A stretch of 64,000 bases of DNA from Fibrobacteria bacterium (GTDB lineage Bacteria; Fibrobacterota; Fibrobacteria; UBA11236): assembly GCA_050486505.1 (NCBI GenBank), contig JBJHDK010000001.1, positions 1 through 64,000 of the forward strand, read 5' to 3'. Of this stretch, positions 40,546 through 49,771 are shown piece by piece. The notes beneath the pieces were generated by a model. The model made no database searches. It saw nothing but the letters and a program-made list of their open reading frames with translations, and was not told the origin of the DNA. The position numbers and the translations under genes were made by a program. Each line of letters begins with the position of its first letter. The first letter of the stretch is position 1.

Positions 40546-41127
40546 ATGCCTCGTCCCAAGCTTCACACCGACGCAGCAGTGCTCGCAGCAGCGCTGGCGG
40601 TGCTTTTACGCAAGGGACCATCCAGCTTTACTCTATCCGACGTCGCGACCGAGATCGGCATGTCACGCGCCGCGCTCATCCAGCGCTTCGGTGACAAGGC
40701 CAGACTGCATTATCTGGTGAGGGAGAGCATGACACGCGAAGTGCACGCGTACTTCGATGGTCTCGATCCCGCGCGCTTCGGCAAGGGCCTCGCACCCCTT
40801 TGGGACATGCTCCGGGACTTGATCTCAGGCATGGGTTCGGGAGAGGATACCCCCGGCTACCTGCTTCTTAACTGGGCGGATATTCAGGATCCCGGCCTTT
40901 TGCTCCTCGCGCGCGAGAGTGATGAACGCGTTCGCCATGAAATCGAAATCCGGCTGCCCGCGAAACCGCATCCTCCGTCGGAAACCGCGTCCCTCGTTCA
41001 AGCCGTGATCCAGGGTGCGTGCATGCAGTGGTTGGTCAGCCGCGAGGGGACGTTGGTTCGTTTCATGACCGACCAAACCCGGCGGGTCTTGCAGGCGCTT
41101 TACCCCGAACACAGCTTCAAACCATAG
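40546..41127 (+). CDS. mphR: TetR-family repressor, MphR(A)-like (macrolide-responsive family)
   Basis: MPRPKL..D..VL.AA..VL..GP..FTLS.VA.E.G.SRAALIQRF, Y LL.W...Q.P.L, VIQGACMQW, ..PEH all match MphR(A) as recalled. Confidence 0.8.
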   Translation: MPRPKLHTDAAVLAAALAVLLRKGPSSFTLSDVATEIGMSRAALIQRFGDKARLHYLVRESMTREVHAYFDGLDPARFGKGLAPLWDMLRDLISGMGSGEDTPGYLLLNWADIQDPGLLLLARESDERVRHEIEIRLPAKPHPPSETASLVQAVIQGACMQWLVSREGTLVRFMTDQTRRVLQALYPEHSFKP

Positions 41128-41164
41128 TCCCAAAGAACCGCGAAAAGCGCGGATTCCCCCTGAC

Positions 41165-41194
41165 TTCATATATAACCGACGAGAAGGTTATATT
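41165..41194 (+). promoter_or_regulatory. Promoter overlapped by a palindromic MphR-type operator
   Basis: ATATAACC-GACGAGAA-GGTTATAT (41170-41193); TTCATA-18-TATATT promoter; resembles the recalled mph(A) operator ATATAACCGACGTGACTGTTACAT. Confidence 0.75.
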
Positions 41195-42289
41195 ATGGCC
41201 ATGGAATGGGTCGTCTCCAGACAGAACGAAACAACTTCGCCGGTTAACGTCGAGAGAGGGCATGGGGGGCACACTCCAAGGCCTCTCCTGCCAGGGTTCG
41301 TGCCGGAAGAATTCGATGCCTTGCCGCAAGGTGTGCCAATCGTTGATTACTCCGACCTTTTCGGGACGGCGGAAGGGACTCCCTGGCTGAGACAGTGGGC
41401 CTCGGAGCGAGGGGTGGATCTCAGGGGATTGAGACCAATCAAGGTCGAGCGAGGGCCGCGCACCTGCAAGCATTTGTTCGCGCTGCGCGACGGGTACGCG
41501 GTCGAAAGCGTGTTGATCCGCCGTCGCGACGGGGAGACCGCCTGCATCTCATCCCAGGCGGGCTGCGGGTTCGGCTGCCGGTTTTGCGCTTCGGGTCGGG
41601 CAGGCCTCAAGAGAAACCTGCTGTCGGGGGAGATCGTCGAGCAGGTCGTGCGCTTGGGGCGCGGAGTCAACCGGATCGTGTTCATGGGAATCGGCGAACC
41701 TCTCGCCAATTACACGCAAGTCATTCGCGCCATCCACGTGCTTCGGGATCGCCGGGGCATGAATTTCCCGACGACGGGAATCACGATCTCGACGATCGGC
41801 ATTCCGTCCGCGCTCAAAAGATTGCGGGAGGAGCATCTCGGGATCAACCTGACGGTTTCATTGCATGCAACGACCCAGCAGGTCCGTGACTGGCTGATTC
41901 CCGGGGCTCGCGGTCACGCGCTCAGCGAGGTCGTTGCGCGCGCGTTGTCGTGGGGCGAGAGGCACGGACGCACCGTGACCTTCGCATACCTGCTTCTCCC
42001 CGGGATCAACGACTCGCCGCAAGATTCCGCGAGATTGGCGGGCATGCTTCGCGGTCGACCCGCCAGGGTGAACCTGATGCGCTGGAATTCCGTGGAAGGC
42101 GCAGGATTCGCGCGGATCGGAGACTCGGGATTACGACGGTTCAGGGGACAACTGGAACGCGCTTCGGTCCCCGCGACGGTGCGTGACACACAGGGACTCG
42201 ACGCATCGTCGGCGTGCGGCCAACTGTGGCTGCGCGACGCACGGGGAAGACCTTTTCCCGCACGCCGCGACCCCGCCCGGGACCGATAG
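41195..42289 (+). CDS. RlmN/Cfr-family radical SAM rRNA methyltransferase, Cfr-like
   Basis: ESV, CISSQAGCGFGCRFC, FMGIGEP, STIGI, NLTVSLH, AYLLLPGINDS, VNLMRWN, SACGQL. Confidence 0.88.
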   Translation: MAMEWVVSRQNETTSPVNVERGHGGHTPRPLLPGFVPEEFDALPQGVPIVDYSDLFGTAEGTPWLRQWASERGVDLRGLRPIKVERGPRTCKHLFALRDGYAVESVLIRRRDGETACISSQAGCGFGCRFCASGRAGLKRNLLSGEIVEQVVRLGRGVNRIVFMGIGEPLANYTQVIRAIHVLRDRRGMNFPTTGITISTIGIPSALKRLREEHLGINLTVSLHATTQQVRDWLIPGARGHALSEVVARALSWGERHGRTVTFAYLLLPGINDSPQDSARLAGMLRGRPARVNLMRWNSVEGAGFARIGDSGLRRFRGQLERASVPATVRDTQGLDASSACGQLWLRDARGRPFPARRDPARDR

Positions 42290-42301
42290 GGGGACGCGCC
42301 C

Positions 42302-42961
42302 CTACCAGGCGTCGTCGTCGCCGGCTTCGGCCTTGGCCGCCGCAGCTTTCGCCTCGAGCTCCTGCACGGCCTCGTTGTACTTCGTGTTGCAGGGGGTTCT
42401 TCCCGCGAAATGCTCCAGGATGGGCGCGAGCTTTTCTTCGGAGAAGGTCAGCTTCATCTGCTTCGTGATTTTCCCCTTGTATCCCCACTCCTGCATCAAC
42501 GCTTCGCTCAGTTCGAAGCAGTCGTCGAGGGCGTAGAAGTTCATCTCCGAGGACTGAAAGGCGTAGCAGACGTCCATTTCCATGCACTCGGGAGGGGACT
42601 GGGTCTCGTCTTCCATCCACTTGTGCACGTGGCGACGGCGGACCTCAAGCGACTTCTCGAGCTTCATGTATCCGGTGACGAAGAACCGGCCGCGAAACTC
42701 TTCGCGCAACCCCTGATAGCGGGTGCCGAAGAGGAAATAGCGGCGGCGGGCCTTGAACGCAGAAGCACGCGTGCGCGCTTCAATGCACTGGATCACGCCA
42801 TAGGTGCCGGTTTCGTAGTTGGGTTCGAGCACGGGATTGCCCGCTGCGTCGTAGGGTTCGCGCACGGGAAGGTCATGGTCACGCGACGACGAGGTGTGAA
42901 TGAGAACGCCCTCGGCCTTGCCGCGGTAGTCTTGCCATCCGGTCTGGGTCATGATTGCCAT
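42302..42961 (-). CDS. Hypothetical protein
   Basis: 219-aa ORF with host-like codon usage; GAAAGGA RBS; EPNYETGTYG motif. Confidence 0.75.
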   Translation of the reverse strand: MAIMTQTGWQDYRGKAEGVLIHTSSSRDHDLPVREPYDAAGNPVLEPNYETGTYGVIQCIEARTRASAFKARRRYFLFGTRYQGLREEFRGRFFVTGYMKLEKSLEVRRRHVHKWMEDETQSPPECMEMDVCYAFQSSEMNFYALDDCFELSEALMQEWGYKGKITKQMKLTFSEEKLAPILEHFAGRTPCNTKYNEAVQELEAKAAAAKAEAGDDDAW

Positions 42962-43175
42962 GTGTCGTTCCTTTCGGCGATGCCGTGAGGGGCGCGTGCG
43001 CCGCGCCGGAAACGTGTTCCGGTCGAAGGCAACGCGCATGTGTCGGGGGTCAGGACAGGAGGATTCGCACCGGAATCCCCGTGTCAAACGGGGAAGACAT
43101 GAACAAAAAGGCGCGAGTCATGGTGAATTTTCCGGTTTTTTCCTGTGGTGTCTCACCAATATACACCAAGCGTCA

Positions 43176-44006
43176 TTAAAACTCTACGCGTTCCGCAACG
43201 ACGGGCCGCCCCAGAAATCCGGATGCCAAACGGGTGAAGCCTTCCGTCCTGTCGGTCGTGAAAAAGCGTTCCGTCCCCCCGCGGGTGAGAGTCGAGGCGA
43301 TTTCAGGATGGCGGGCCAGATAGTTTTCGAGGGAGGGGGCCACGATGTCGGCCTGCACCAGGATCCGGGTGCTCTCCGGGACCACGCGCCTGATGGCGGG
43401 GTAAAGCAGGGGGTAATGGGTACATGCCAATAACAGGGCATCGACGGGAGCGGATCCCCCCGCTTGCTCCTGCGTCATCGCCCAGTACTTGCGGACGAAG
43501 TGGTCGAGGCCGGGGCCGTCAAGCTCGCCCGCTTCGACGAGAGGAACCAGCAGGGGGCAGGCGACCTGCGTCAGGCGGATGTCGGGCGCGAGCTTGGCGA
43601 GCTCGAGCGCGTAGCTGTTGGAGCGCACCGTACCCTGCGTGGCCCACAGGGCGACATGCGCGTCGGGGGCCTGGTGCGGCGATTCCGCCAGCGCTTCCGC
43701 CGAGGGACGGATGATGCCGAGCACGCGCCGGTCGGGCCAGCGTGCGGGCAACACCCGCTGCTGGATGGTGCGCAGGGCTTCCGCGGAGGCCGTGTTGCAG
43801 GCCATGACGACCAGCTTGCAGCCTTGTGAAAACAAATGCTCGACGCCTTCGGTGGCGAAGCGCAGCACGGTCTCGAAAGAGCGGTTTCCGTAGGGGGTTC
43901 GGGCCGTGTCGCCCAGATAGAGCGCGTCGTAGTGCGGCATGCGCTCGCGCACCTTGCGGTACACCGTCAGCCCGCCGAGTCCGGAGTCGAAAAAGCCGAG
44001 AAGCAT
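43176..44006 (-). CDS. murI: Glutamate racemase
   Basis: FDSGLGGLTV, PYG, ACNTAS, LACTHYP. Confidence 0.96.
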   Translation of the reverse strand: MLLGFFDSGLGGLTVYRKVRERMPHYDALYLGDTARTPYGNRSFETVLRFATEGVEHLFSQGCKLVVMACNTASAEALRTIQQRVLPARWPDRRVLGIIRPSAEALAESPHQAPDAHVALWATQGTVRSNSYALELAKLAPDIRLTQVACPLLVPLVEAGELDGPGLDHFVRKYWAMTQEQAGGSAPVDALLLACTHYPLLYPAIRRVVPESTRILVQADIVAPSLENYLARHPEIASTLTRGGTERFFTTDRTEGFTRLASGFLGRPVVAERVEF

Positions 44007-44026
44007 GGGAGAGAGGTAGTAACGCA

Positions 44027-44255
44027 ATAGTGGACAGTGAACAGTGAACAGTGAACAGTGTACAGTGTACAGTGGGCAATAGAACAATGCAACAATGCAA
44101 CAATGGGCAATGAAGCGGGTGTGTCGGGAGTCTGTGGACGGGTGGGTCTGTTGTCAGGACTGGTGTTCCGCCTCCACATTGTCCACTGTCCACTGTACAC
44201 TGTTCACTTTCCTCCCCCGTCCCCCATTGTCCACTGTCTACTGTCCACTGTCCAT
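44027..44255. repeat. Inverted heptamer/octamer arms (ACAGTGA / TCCACTG) around an ~65-bp core
   Basis: ggacagtgaacagtgaacagtgaacagtgtacagtgtacagtgg ... cattgtccactgtccactgtacactgttcact. Confidence 0.8.
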
Positions 44256-44328
44256 TTTTCCTCCCTCCCTTGCCCCATCCCGAAGGATTAGTTATCCTTG
44301 ATGCCCAATTTTTACGAGGGAGCGCGCA

Positions 44329-44706
44329 TTGCCTACCCATAAGTCTGCAGCAAAACGCATCAAAACCGCCGAAAAGGCCCGTTTGGTTAACCGCGCCGTC
44401 CGTTCGGCCCTGCGCACGAGCCTGAAAAAGGTGCGTGGCGCCGCCACCGCCGAGGATGCATCCAAGGAGTTGCCGAACCTTTTCTCCATGCTCGACAAGG
44501 CCGCCCGCCGCGGTCAGGGTGGGGTGACGAAGAATGCGGCCTCGAACTACAAGCGCAAGGCCCAGCACGCGGTTGCCGTGATCGCTGCTGGCGGTTCGGC
44601 GCTTCCCCCGATCGCCAAGGCCAAGACCGCCAAGGCGTCGAAGGCGAAGGCTGCCAAGGCGAAAGCCGCCAAGGCTGCCAAGGCCGCCGGCTCTTCCAAC
44701 TCTTGA
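44329..44706 (+). CDS. rpsT: 30S ribosomal protein S20 with Lys/Ala-rich C-terminal extension
   Basis: PTHKSAAKRIKT..NRAVRSALRT..LDKAA..KNAAS; TTG start after GAGGGAG. Confidence 0.92.
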   Translation: MPTHKSAAKRIKTAEKARLVNRAVRSALRTSLKKVRGAATAEDASKELPNLFSMLDKAARRGQGGVTKNAASNYKRKAQHAVAVIAAGGSALPPIAKAKTAKASKAKAAKAKAAKAAKAAGSSNS

Positions 44707-44727
44707 TCCGGAAGCGTTCCGGTTCAC

Positions 44728-44757
44728 AAAGGCCGCCCCAGACGGGCGGCTTTTTTT
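44728..44757 (+). terminator. Rho-independent terminator after rpsT
   Basis: GCCGCCC-CAGAC-GGGCGGC followed by TTTTTTT. Confidence 0.85.
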
Positions 44758-44802
44758 GTTTGCTGCGCGATTAGTTTTTCCCGCAACGACGAGAGGATTG
44801 CA

Positions 44803-45972
44803 ATGAGTGAGTCTTCGCTGCTTGGCGTGTACGGCCCCCGGGATCTGACCTTGGTGCGGGGCGAGGGAACCCATGTCTGGGACGACAAGGGCAACCGCTA
44901 TCTCGACTGCGTGTCGGGGGTGGCGGTCAACGCGCTGGGCCACGGAAACCCCGCCGTGCTTGATGCCATTCGCGGCCAGCTCGGCCTGTTCCTGCACGCG
45001 AGCAACCTGTACGTGCTTCCCGCGCAACGCGACCTGGCCGGCCGCCTCGCCGCGCTCACGGGTTTCGACGCCGTGTTCTTTTCGAACAGCGGGACCGAGG
45101 CCAACGAAGGCGCCTTCAAGTTCGCACGGCGGCACTTCATTGCCGGCGGGTACCCGGACAAGGTCGAGATCATCAGTTTCACGGGCTCCTTCCACGGCCG
45201 GACTTATGCCGCCATGGCCGCCACGGGGCAAGACAAAATTCGCGAAGGTTTCGGGCCCGTGCCGGGTGGATTCAAGATCTTGCCCGCGAATGATGTGGAA
45301 GCCTTGCGCGCTGCGGCGGGCCAGAACACGGCGGCGGTGATTTTCGAGCCCGTGCAGGCCGAGGGCGGCGTGGTCAACATGAGCGATGCCATGGCCGAAG
45401 CGTTGCGCGACTTGCAAAAGGCGGGCGTGCTTTTGATTGCCGACGAAATCCAGACGGGCTTGTGGCGCACGGGCACGTTGCTCGGCAGCGACGCTGTTTG
45501 TATCCGGCCCGACATCGTGACATTGGCGAAGCCCTTGGGAGCGGGCCTCCCGCTGGGTGCGGTGCTGCTGCGCGGCGCGGTGTCGAAGTCTCTCAAGGCC
45601 GGCGACCATGGCTCGACCTTCGGGGGCAATCCCGTGGCTTGCGCCGCGGGCCTGGCCGTGCTCGACGCCCTGGCCGACCCGGCCTTCCAGGCGGACTATC
45701 AGGAGCGGATCGCGTTGTTGCGTGGCGAGCTGGAGAAACTGTTGGCGCGGAAGATGGAAAAGGGGGTTCCGGTGGGGCCGCTGCGCGGGCGCGGCTTCCT
45801 GATCGGGACGCGTTGGGGAGGCGATCTGGCCGCGTTGCAGAAGCGCTTGCGGGACGAAGGAGTGCTGGCCCATCGCGCCGGTGCCGACGTACTGCGCCTG
45901 CTTCCGCCGCTCACGTTCTCGCGCGACGACATCGCCGAGTTGATGGAGGCGCTGGAGAAGGCGCTGGTGTGA
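44803..45972 (+). CDS. argD: Acetylornithine aminotransferase (class III PLP)
   Basis: NSGTEANE, FHGRT, EPVQAEGG, DEIQTG, LAKPLG, HGSTFGGNP. Confidence 0.92.
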   Translation: MSESSLLGVYGPRDLTLVRGEGTHVWDDKGNRYLDCVSGVAVNALGHGNPAVLDAIRGQLGLFLHASNLYVLPAQRDLAGRLAALTGFDAVFFSNSGTEANEGAFKFARRHFIAGGYPDKVEIISFTGSFHGRTYAAMAATGQDKIREGFGPVPGGFKILPANDVEALRAAAGQNTAAVIFEPVQAEGGVVNMSDAMAEALRDLQKAGVLLIADEIQTGLWRTGTLLGSDAVCIRPDIVTLAKPLGAGLPLGAVLLRGAVSKSLKAGDHGSTFGGNPVACAAGLAVLDALADPAFQADYQERIALLRGELEKLLARKMEKGVPVGPLRGRGFLIGTRWGGDLAALQKRLRDEGVLAHRAGADVLRLLPPLTFSRDDIAELMEALEKALV

Positions 45973-45977
45973 CGGGG

Positions 45978-46010
45978 AGTTATGAGTTATGAGTCGTGAG
46001 TGATGAGGTG
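45978..46010 (+). repeat. Heptamer array (TTATGAG type)
   Basis: gagttatgagttatgagtcgtgagtgatgagg. Confidence 0.65.
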
Positions 46011-46101
46011 AGCGCAGGAATGGTGCCTGCATGAATTGTTCGTGCACCAATCAATCGAATGTCACAGATCTCCGTGATCGACGCGCCGGATATGGCGGTG
46101 A

Positions 46102-46410
46102 TGTAGTCAGGGCGAGGCATGCCTCGCCTTTACACGTCCGCGTGGATCCTGACGGTGTCGAGCGGGCGACTCAGCCCCCGCCTTTCCCGTGCCTGCACAG
46201 CGCGCGGGGGCAGGCCCCCGCCTTTCCCGTGTCGGCATAGCGCGGGGGCAGGCGAGTCGCCCCTACACGTCTGCGGAGTCCTGACGGTGTCTGGCGGGCG
46301 ACTCAGCCCCCGCCTTTCCCGTGTCGGCATAGCGCGGGGGCAGGCCCCCGCCTTTCCCGTGTCGGCATAGCGCGGGGGCAGGCGAGTCGCCCCTACACGT
46401 CTGCGGAGTC
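46102..46410. repeat. Tandem REP-like cluster with nested 38-bp hairpin units
   Basis: Two ~130-bp units GGGCGACTC[(GCCCCCGCCTTTCCCGTGTCGGCATAGCGCGGGGGCAG)x2]GCGAGTCGCCCCTACAC, plus the palindrome GGCGAGGCATGCCTCGCC. Confidence 0.85.
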
Positions 46411-48195
46411 TCTCTTGAGCTGGGCGACCACCTTCGGGTCGATCTGGATGTGCAGTTCCTTGAGCTGGCGTTCGGCCACTTCGGAGGGGGCGCTCATCAT
46501 CAGGTCCTGCGCGCGTTGGTTCATGGGGAAGGCGATCACCTCGCGGATGTTTTCCTCCTGCGCCAGCAGCATCACCATGCGGTCGACGCCCGGGGCGATG
46601 CCGCCGTGCGGGGGCGCGCCGAGCCTGAAGGCGTTGATCATGCCGCCGAACTTCTCCTCCACCACCTCGGGACCGTAGCCCGCGATCTCGAAGGCCTTGA
46701 CCATGATCTCTGGATCGTGGTTCCGGATCGCGCCCGAGGAGAGTTCGATGCCGTTGCAGACGATGTCGTATTGCCAGGCGAGGATGTCGAGGGGATCCTT
46801 CGTGGTCAGCGCCTCCATGCCGCCTTGCGGCATGGAGAAGGGGTTGTGGGAGAACTCGACCTTGCGGTTCTCTTCGTCGAACTCGAACATGGGGAAGTCC
46901 ACGATCCAGCAGAAGCGATAGACGTCCTTCTCGACGAGGTCGAGGTCGCGGCCGAGCTTCACGCGGATCTGCCCCGCGAGCTTCGCCGCCACGTCGGGCT
47001 TGTCGCACACGAAGAACACCGCGTCGCCGGGCTCCGCACCGCAGCGGGCGCGCAACTCTTCCATCTGTTCGGCCGACAGGAACTTCGCGATGGGGCCCTT
47101 GACCCCTTCCGCGTTCCACACGAGGTAGGCGAGTCCCTTGGACCCGATCGACTGCGCGTAATCGACGAGCTTGTCGAAGAACGAGCGCGGCTGCGAAGAG
47201 ATCCCCTTCACGGGGATGGCCCGCACCGCGGCGCCCCCCTTGACCGCGTTGGCGAACGCCTGGAAGCCGCTCGCTGCGAAGATGTCTCCCGTTTCGCGGA
47301 TCTCGATGGGGATGCGCAGGTCGGGCTTGTCGGTGCCGTATTTGAGCATCGCCTCGCGGTAGGGGATGCGCGTGAAGGGCGCACCGTCGACGCGCCACTT
47401 CGAGAACTCGGTGAAGGTGCCGTGGATGACCTGCTCCACCGCGGCGAAGACGTCGTCCTGCGTCACGAAGCTCATCTCGATGTCGAGCTGGTAGAACTCG
47501 CCGGGCGAACGGTCGGCGCGCGCGTCCTCGTCGCGGAAGCAGGGGGCGATCTGGAAGTAGCGGTCGAAGCCTGCGACCATGAGCAATTGCTTGAACTGCT
47601 GCGGCGCCTGCGGGAGGGCGTAGAACTTTCCGGGGTGCAGGCGGCTGGGCACGAGGAAGTCGCGCGCGCCCTCGGGCGAACTCGAGGTGAGGATGGGGGT
47701 CTGGAACTCCATGAAGCCGAGGTCGGTCATGCGGCGGCGCAGCGAGGAGATGATTTGTGCGCGCAGCATGACGTTGGCGTGCAGCTTTTCGCGGCGCAGG
47801 TCGAGGAAGCGGTACTTGAGGCGCATGTCCTCGGGGCCGCCGTCCTTGTCGTCCACCAGGAAGGGGAGCGGCGCGGCCGCGGACTGGACTTCGAGGGCGT
47901 CCACCACGATTTCGATCTCGCCGGTGGGCATGTTGGGATTGATCGTTCCCGCCTCGCGGGCGACCACGCGTCCGGTGACGGTGATGACGCTTTCGTACTT
48001 GAGGCGCGTGGCCGCGTCGAAGAAGTCGCGCTCCGGGTTGAACACCACCTGGGTCACGCCGTAGTGGTCGCGCAGGTCGATGAAGAGGAAGTGACCGTGG
48101 TCGCGGCGGCGGAAGACCCAGCCCGAGAGGCGGACGGTTTGACCGGTGTGTTCCTTGCGGAGGGCGCCGCAGGTATGGGAGCGATAGGCGTGCAT
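46393..48195 (-). CDS. aspS: Aspartate--tRNA ligase
   Basis: [43 protein letters not shown]. Confidence 0.98.
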   Translation of the reverse strand: MHAYRSHTCGALRKEHTGQTVRLSGWVFRRRDHGHFLFIDLRDHYGVTQVVFNPERDFFDAATRLKYESVITVTGRVVAREAGTINPNMPTGEIEIVVDALEVQSAAAPLPFLVDDKDGGPEDMRLKYRFLDLRREKLHANVMLRAQIISSLRRRMTDLGFMEFQTPILTSSSPEGARDFLVPSRLHPGKFYALPQAPQQFKQLLMVAGFDRYFQIAPCFRDEDARADRSPGEFYQLDIEMSFVTQDDVFAAVEQVIHGTFTEFSKWRVDGAPFTRIPYREAMLKYGTDKPDLRIPIEIRETGDIFAASGFQAFANAVKGGAAVRAIPVKGISSQPRSFFDKLVDYAQSIGSKGLAYLVWNAEGVKGPIAKFLSAEQMEELRARCGAEPGDAVFFVCDKPDVAAKLAGQIRVKLGRDLDLVEKDVYRFCWIVDFPMFEFDEENRKVEFSHNPFSMPQGGMEALTTKDPLDILAWQYDIVCNGIELSSGAIRNHDPEIMVKAFEIAGYGPEVVEEKFGGMINAFRLGAPPHGGIAPGVDRMVMLLAQEENIREVIAFPMNQRAQDLMMSAPSEVAERQLKELHIQIDPKVVAQLKRDSADV

Positions 48196-48340
48196 GCTGA
48201 AATTCCGTGGATTTCGGGAAGACGGGGAAATTTAGTTGAAATCGGGGGGACAGTGGAACAAGGCGGACGTAGAGAGCGGGGGGCAGTGCGCGGTGTGCAG
48301 CATTCCTACTACCTCCCACCTCCCATCTTATTATTGACCC

Positions 48341-49669
48341 ATGCACGTCCTCGAAATCCTGGGCTGGGAGAGCTTGCTCATCCTTTCCCTGATCCTGGTC
48401 AACGGATTGTTCTCCCTGGCTGAAATTTCCCTGATCTCGAGCCGGCGAACGCGCTTGCAGCACCTGTCCGAATCGGGCGACGGCAGCGCGGCCCGCGCGC
48501 TCGATCTGCTCGCCAGGCCGGGCAAATTCCTGGCGACGGTGATCATCGGCGTCAACATCACGGCCATGCTCGTGGGTGCGTACGGGGGCGTCGCCGTGGC
48601 CGCCCGCCTCGAGGAGGAAGTGCGGGGGGTGGCATGGTTGGCGGATCATGCGCAGGGGTTCTCCCTGGCCGTGGTCATCGCCCTGCTGACCTATGTGCAG
48701 ATCATCTTCGGGGAACTTGTCCCCAAAACGCTCGCCTTGAGGCATCCCGAAACATTCGCCCGCCTGGTCTCGCGTCCGATGGACCTGCTCAGCCGCCTCG
48801 CGGCGCCCCTGGTGTTGTTGTTGAACGCGACTTCCGAAGGGCTTTTGCGTCTCTTCGGCTCTCGCCCGTCCCCGGAGGCGGCGACCGTGACCGGAGAGGA
48901 AATCGCCCTCATGCTCGCGCAGGGGGCGCGCGAGGGAGTTTTCCACAGCAGCCAGCACGAGATGATGGAGAGCGTGATCGAAATGGGTGAGCGGCGCATC
49001 ACGGCGCTGATGACGCCCAAACCCGACATCGAGTGGCTTGATAGCACCGCCGACCTGGCGGAAATGAGGTCCCTGCTCGCGGCGCATCCCTATTCGCGGT
49101 TTCCGGTGTGCCGCGGCAGCTTCGACAACATCCTCGGGGTCGTGCACGCCAAGGATCTGCTCGCCCGGTTTTTGGGCGGGCGTCCCCTTGACCTGGAGGC
49201 GATGGCCAGGCCGGTGCCGGTGATCCCCGATTCGGTGAACGTGCTCAAGGCGCTCGAGGCCTTCCGCGTTTCGGGCGAGACCATGGCCTTCGTCTCGGAC
49301 GAGTACGGGAGCGTGCTGGGCCTGGTCACTCTGGACGACGTGCTGCGGAACATCCTCGGCAGCACGGTGGCGAACCATGCCTCCGACGGAACGGACCCCG
49401 ATGCCGTGTTGCATTCGGACGGATCCTGGTTGGTCGAAGGCACCAAGCCGCTCGACGAGATTGAGGAATTGATCGGCGACCAGGACGCCTTTTCGCGCGA
49501 GGACGAGGAGAATTACCAGACCTTGGGAGGGTACGTCATGGGTCGGCTCGACCGCATTCCATCGGAGGGCGATGTCTTCGACAGCGGGGGGTGGCGCTAC
49601 GAGGTCGCGGCCATGGAGGGGAACAGGGTGGAGAAAGTCGTGATCCGGAGAACCGGAAACAATGGGTGA
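48341..49669 (+). CDS. Hemolysin-family (CNNM/DUF21-CBS-CorC) membrane protein
   Basis: NGLFSLAEISL, GELVPK, YSRFPV, DEYG, TLGG. Confidence 0.93.
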   Translation: MHVLEILGWESLLILSLILVNGLFSLAEISLISSRRTRLQHLSESGDGSAARALDLLARPGKFLATVIIGVNITAMLVGAYGGVAVAARLEEEVRGVAWLADHAQGFSLAVVIALLTYVQIIFGELVPKTLALRHPETFARLVSRPMDLLSRLAAPLVLLLNATSEGLLRLFGSRPSPEAATVTGEEIALMLAQGAREGVFHSSQHEMMESVIEMGERRITALMTPKPDIEWLDSTADLAEMRSLLAAHPYSRFPVCRGSFDNILGVVHAKDLLARFLGGRPLDLEAMARPVPVIPDSVNVLKALEAFRVSGETMAFVSDEYGSVLGLVTLDDVLRNILGSTVANHASDGTDPDAVLHSDGSWLVEGTKPLDEIEELIGDQDAFSREDEENYQTLGGYVMGRLDRIPSEGDVFDSGGWRYEVAAMEGNRVEKVVIRRTGNNG

Positions 49670-49724
49670 AGGGTGACTTCGTCGTCGCTTGTTCGCCCGC
49701 GGCGGCCCCACGCGCCTCAGTGCC

Positions 49725-49763
49725 CGATTCCCGATTCCCGATTCATAATTCCCAATTCATAAC
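49725..49763. repeat. Heptamer array (TTCCCGA/TTCATAA)
   Basis: gattcccgattcccgattcataattcccaattcataact. Confidence 0.7.
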
Positions 49764-49771
49764 TTTCCCCC

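Noticed and set aside
46130..46410. CRISPR array
   Set aside because: The 38-bp units are directly adjacent without unique spacers and no cas genes are present; this is a REP-like tandem cluster.
46130..49711. 1193-aa minus-strand ORF, and other long ORFs such as 43519-46050, 55606-58521, 20031-21887 and 12581-14881
   Set aside because: Shadow or alternative-frame ORFs typical of high-GC DNA, overlapping well-supported genes, with R/P/G-rich composition and no motifs.
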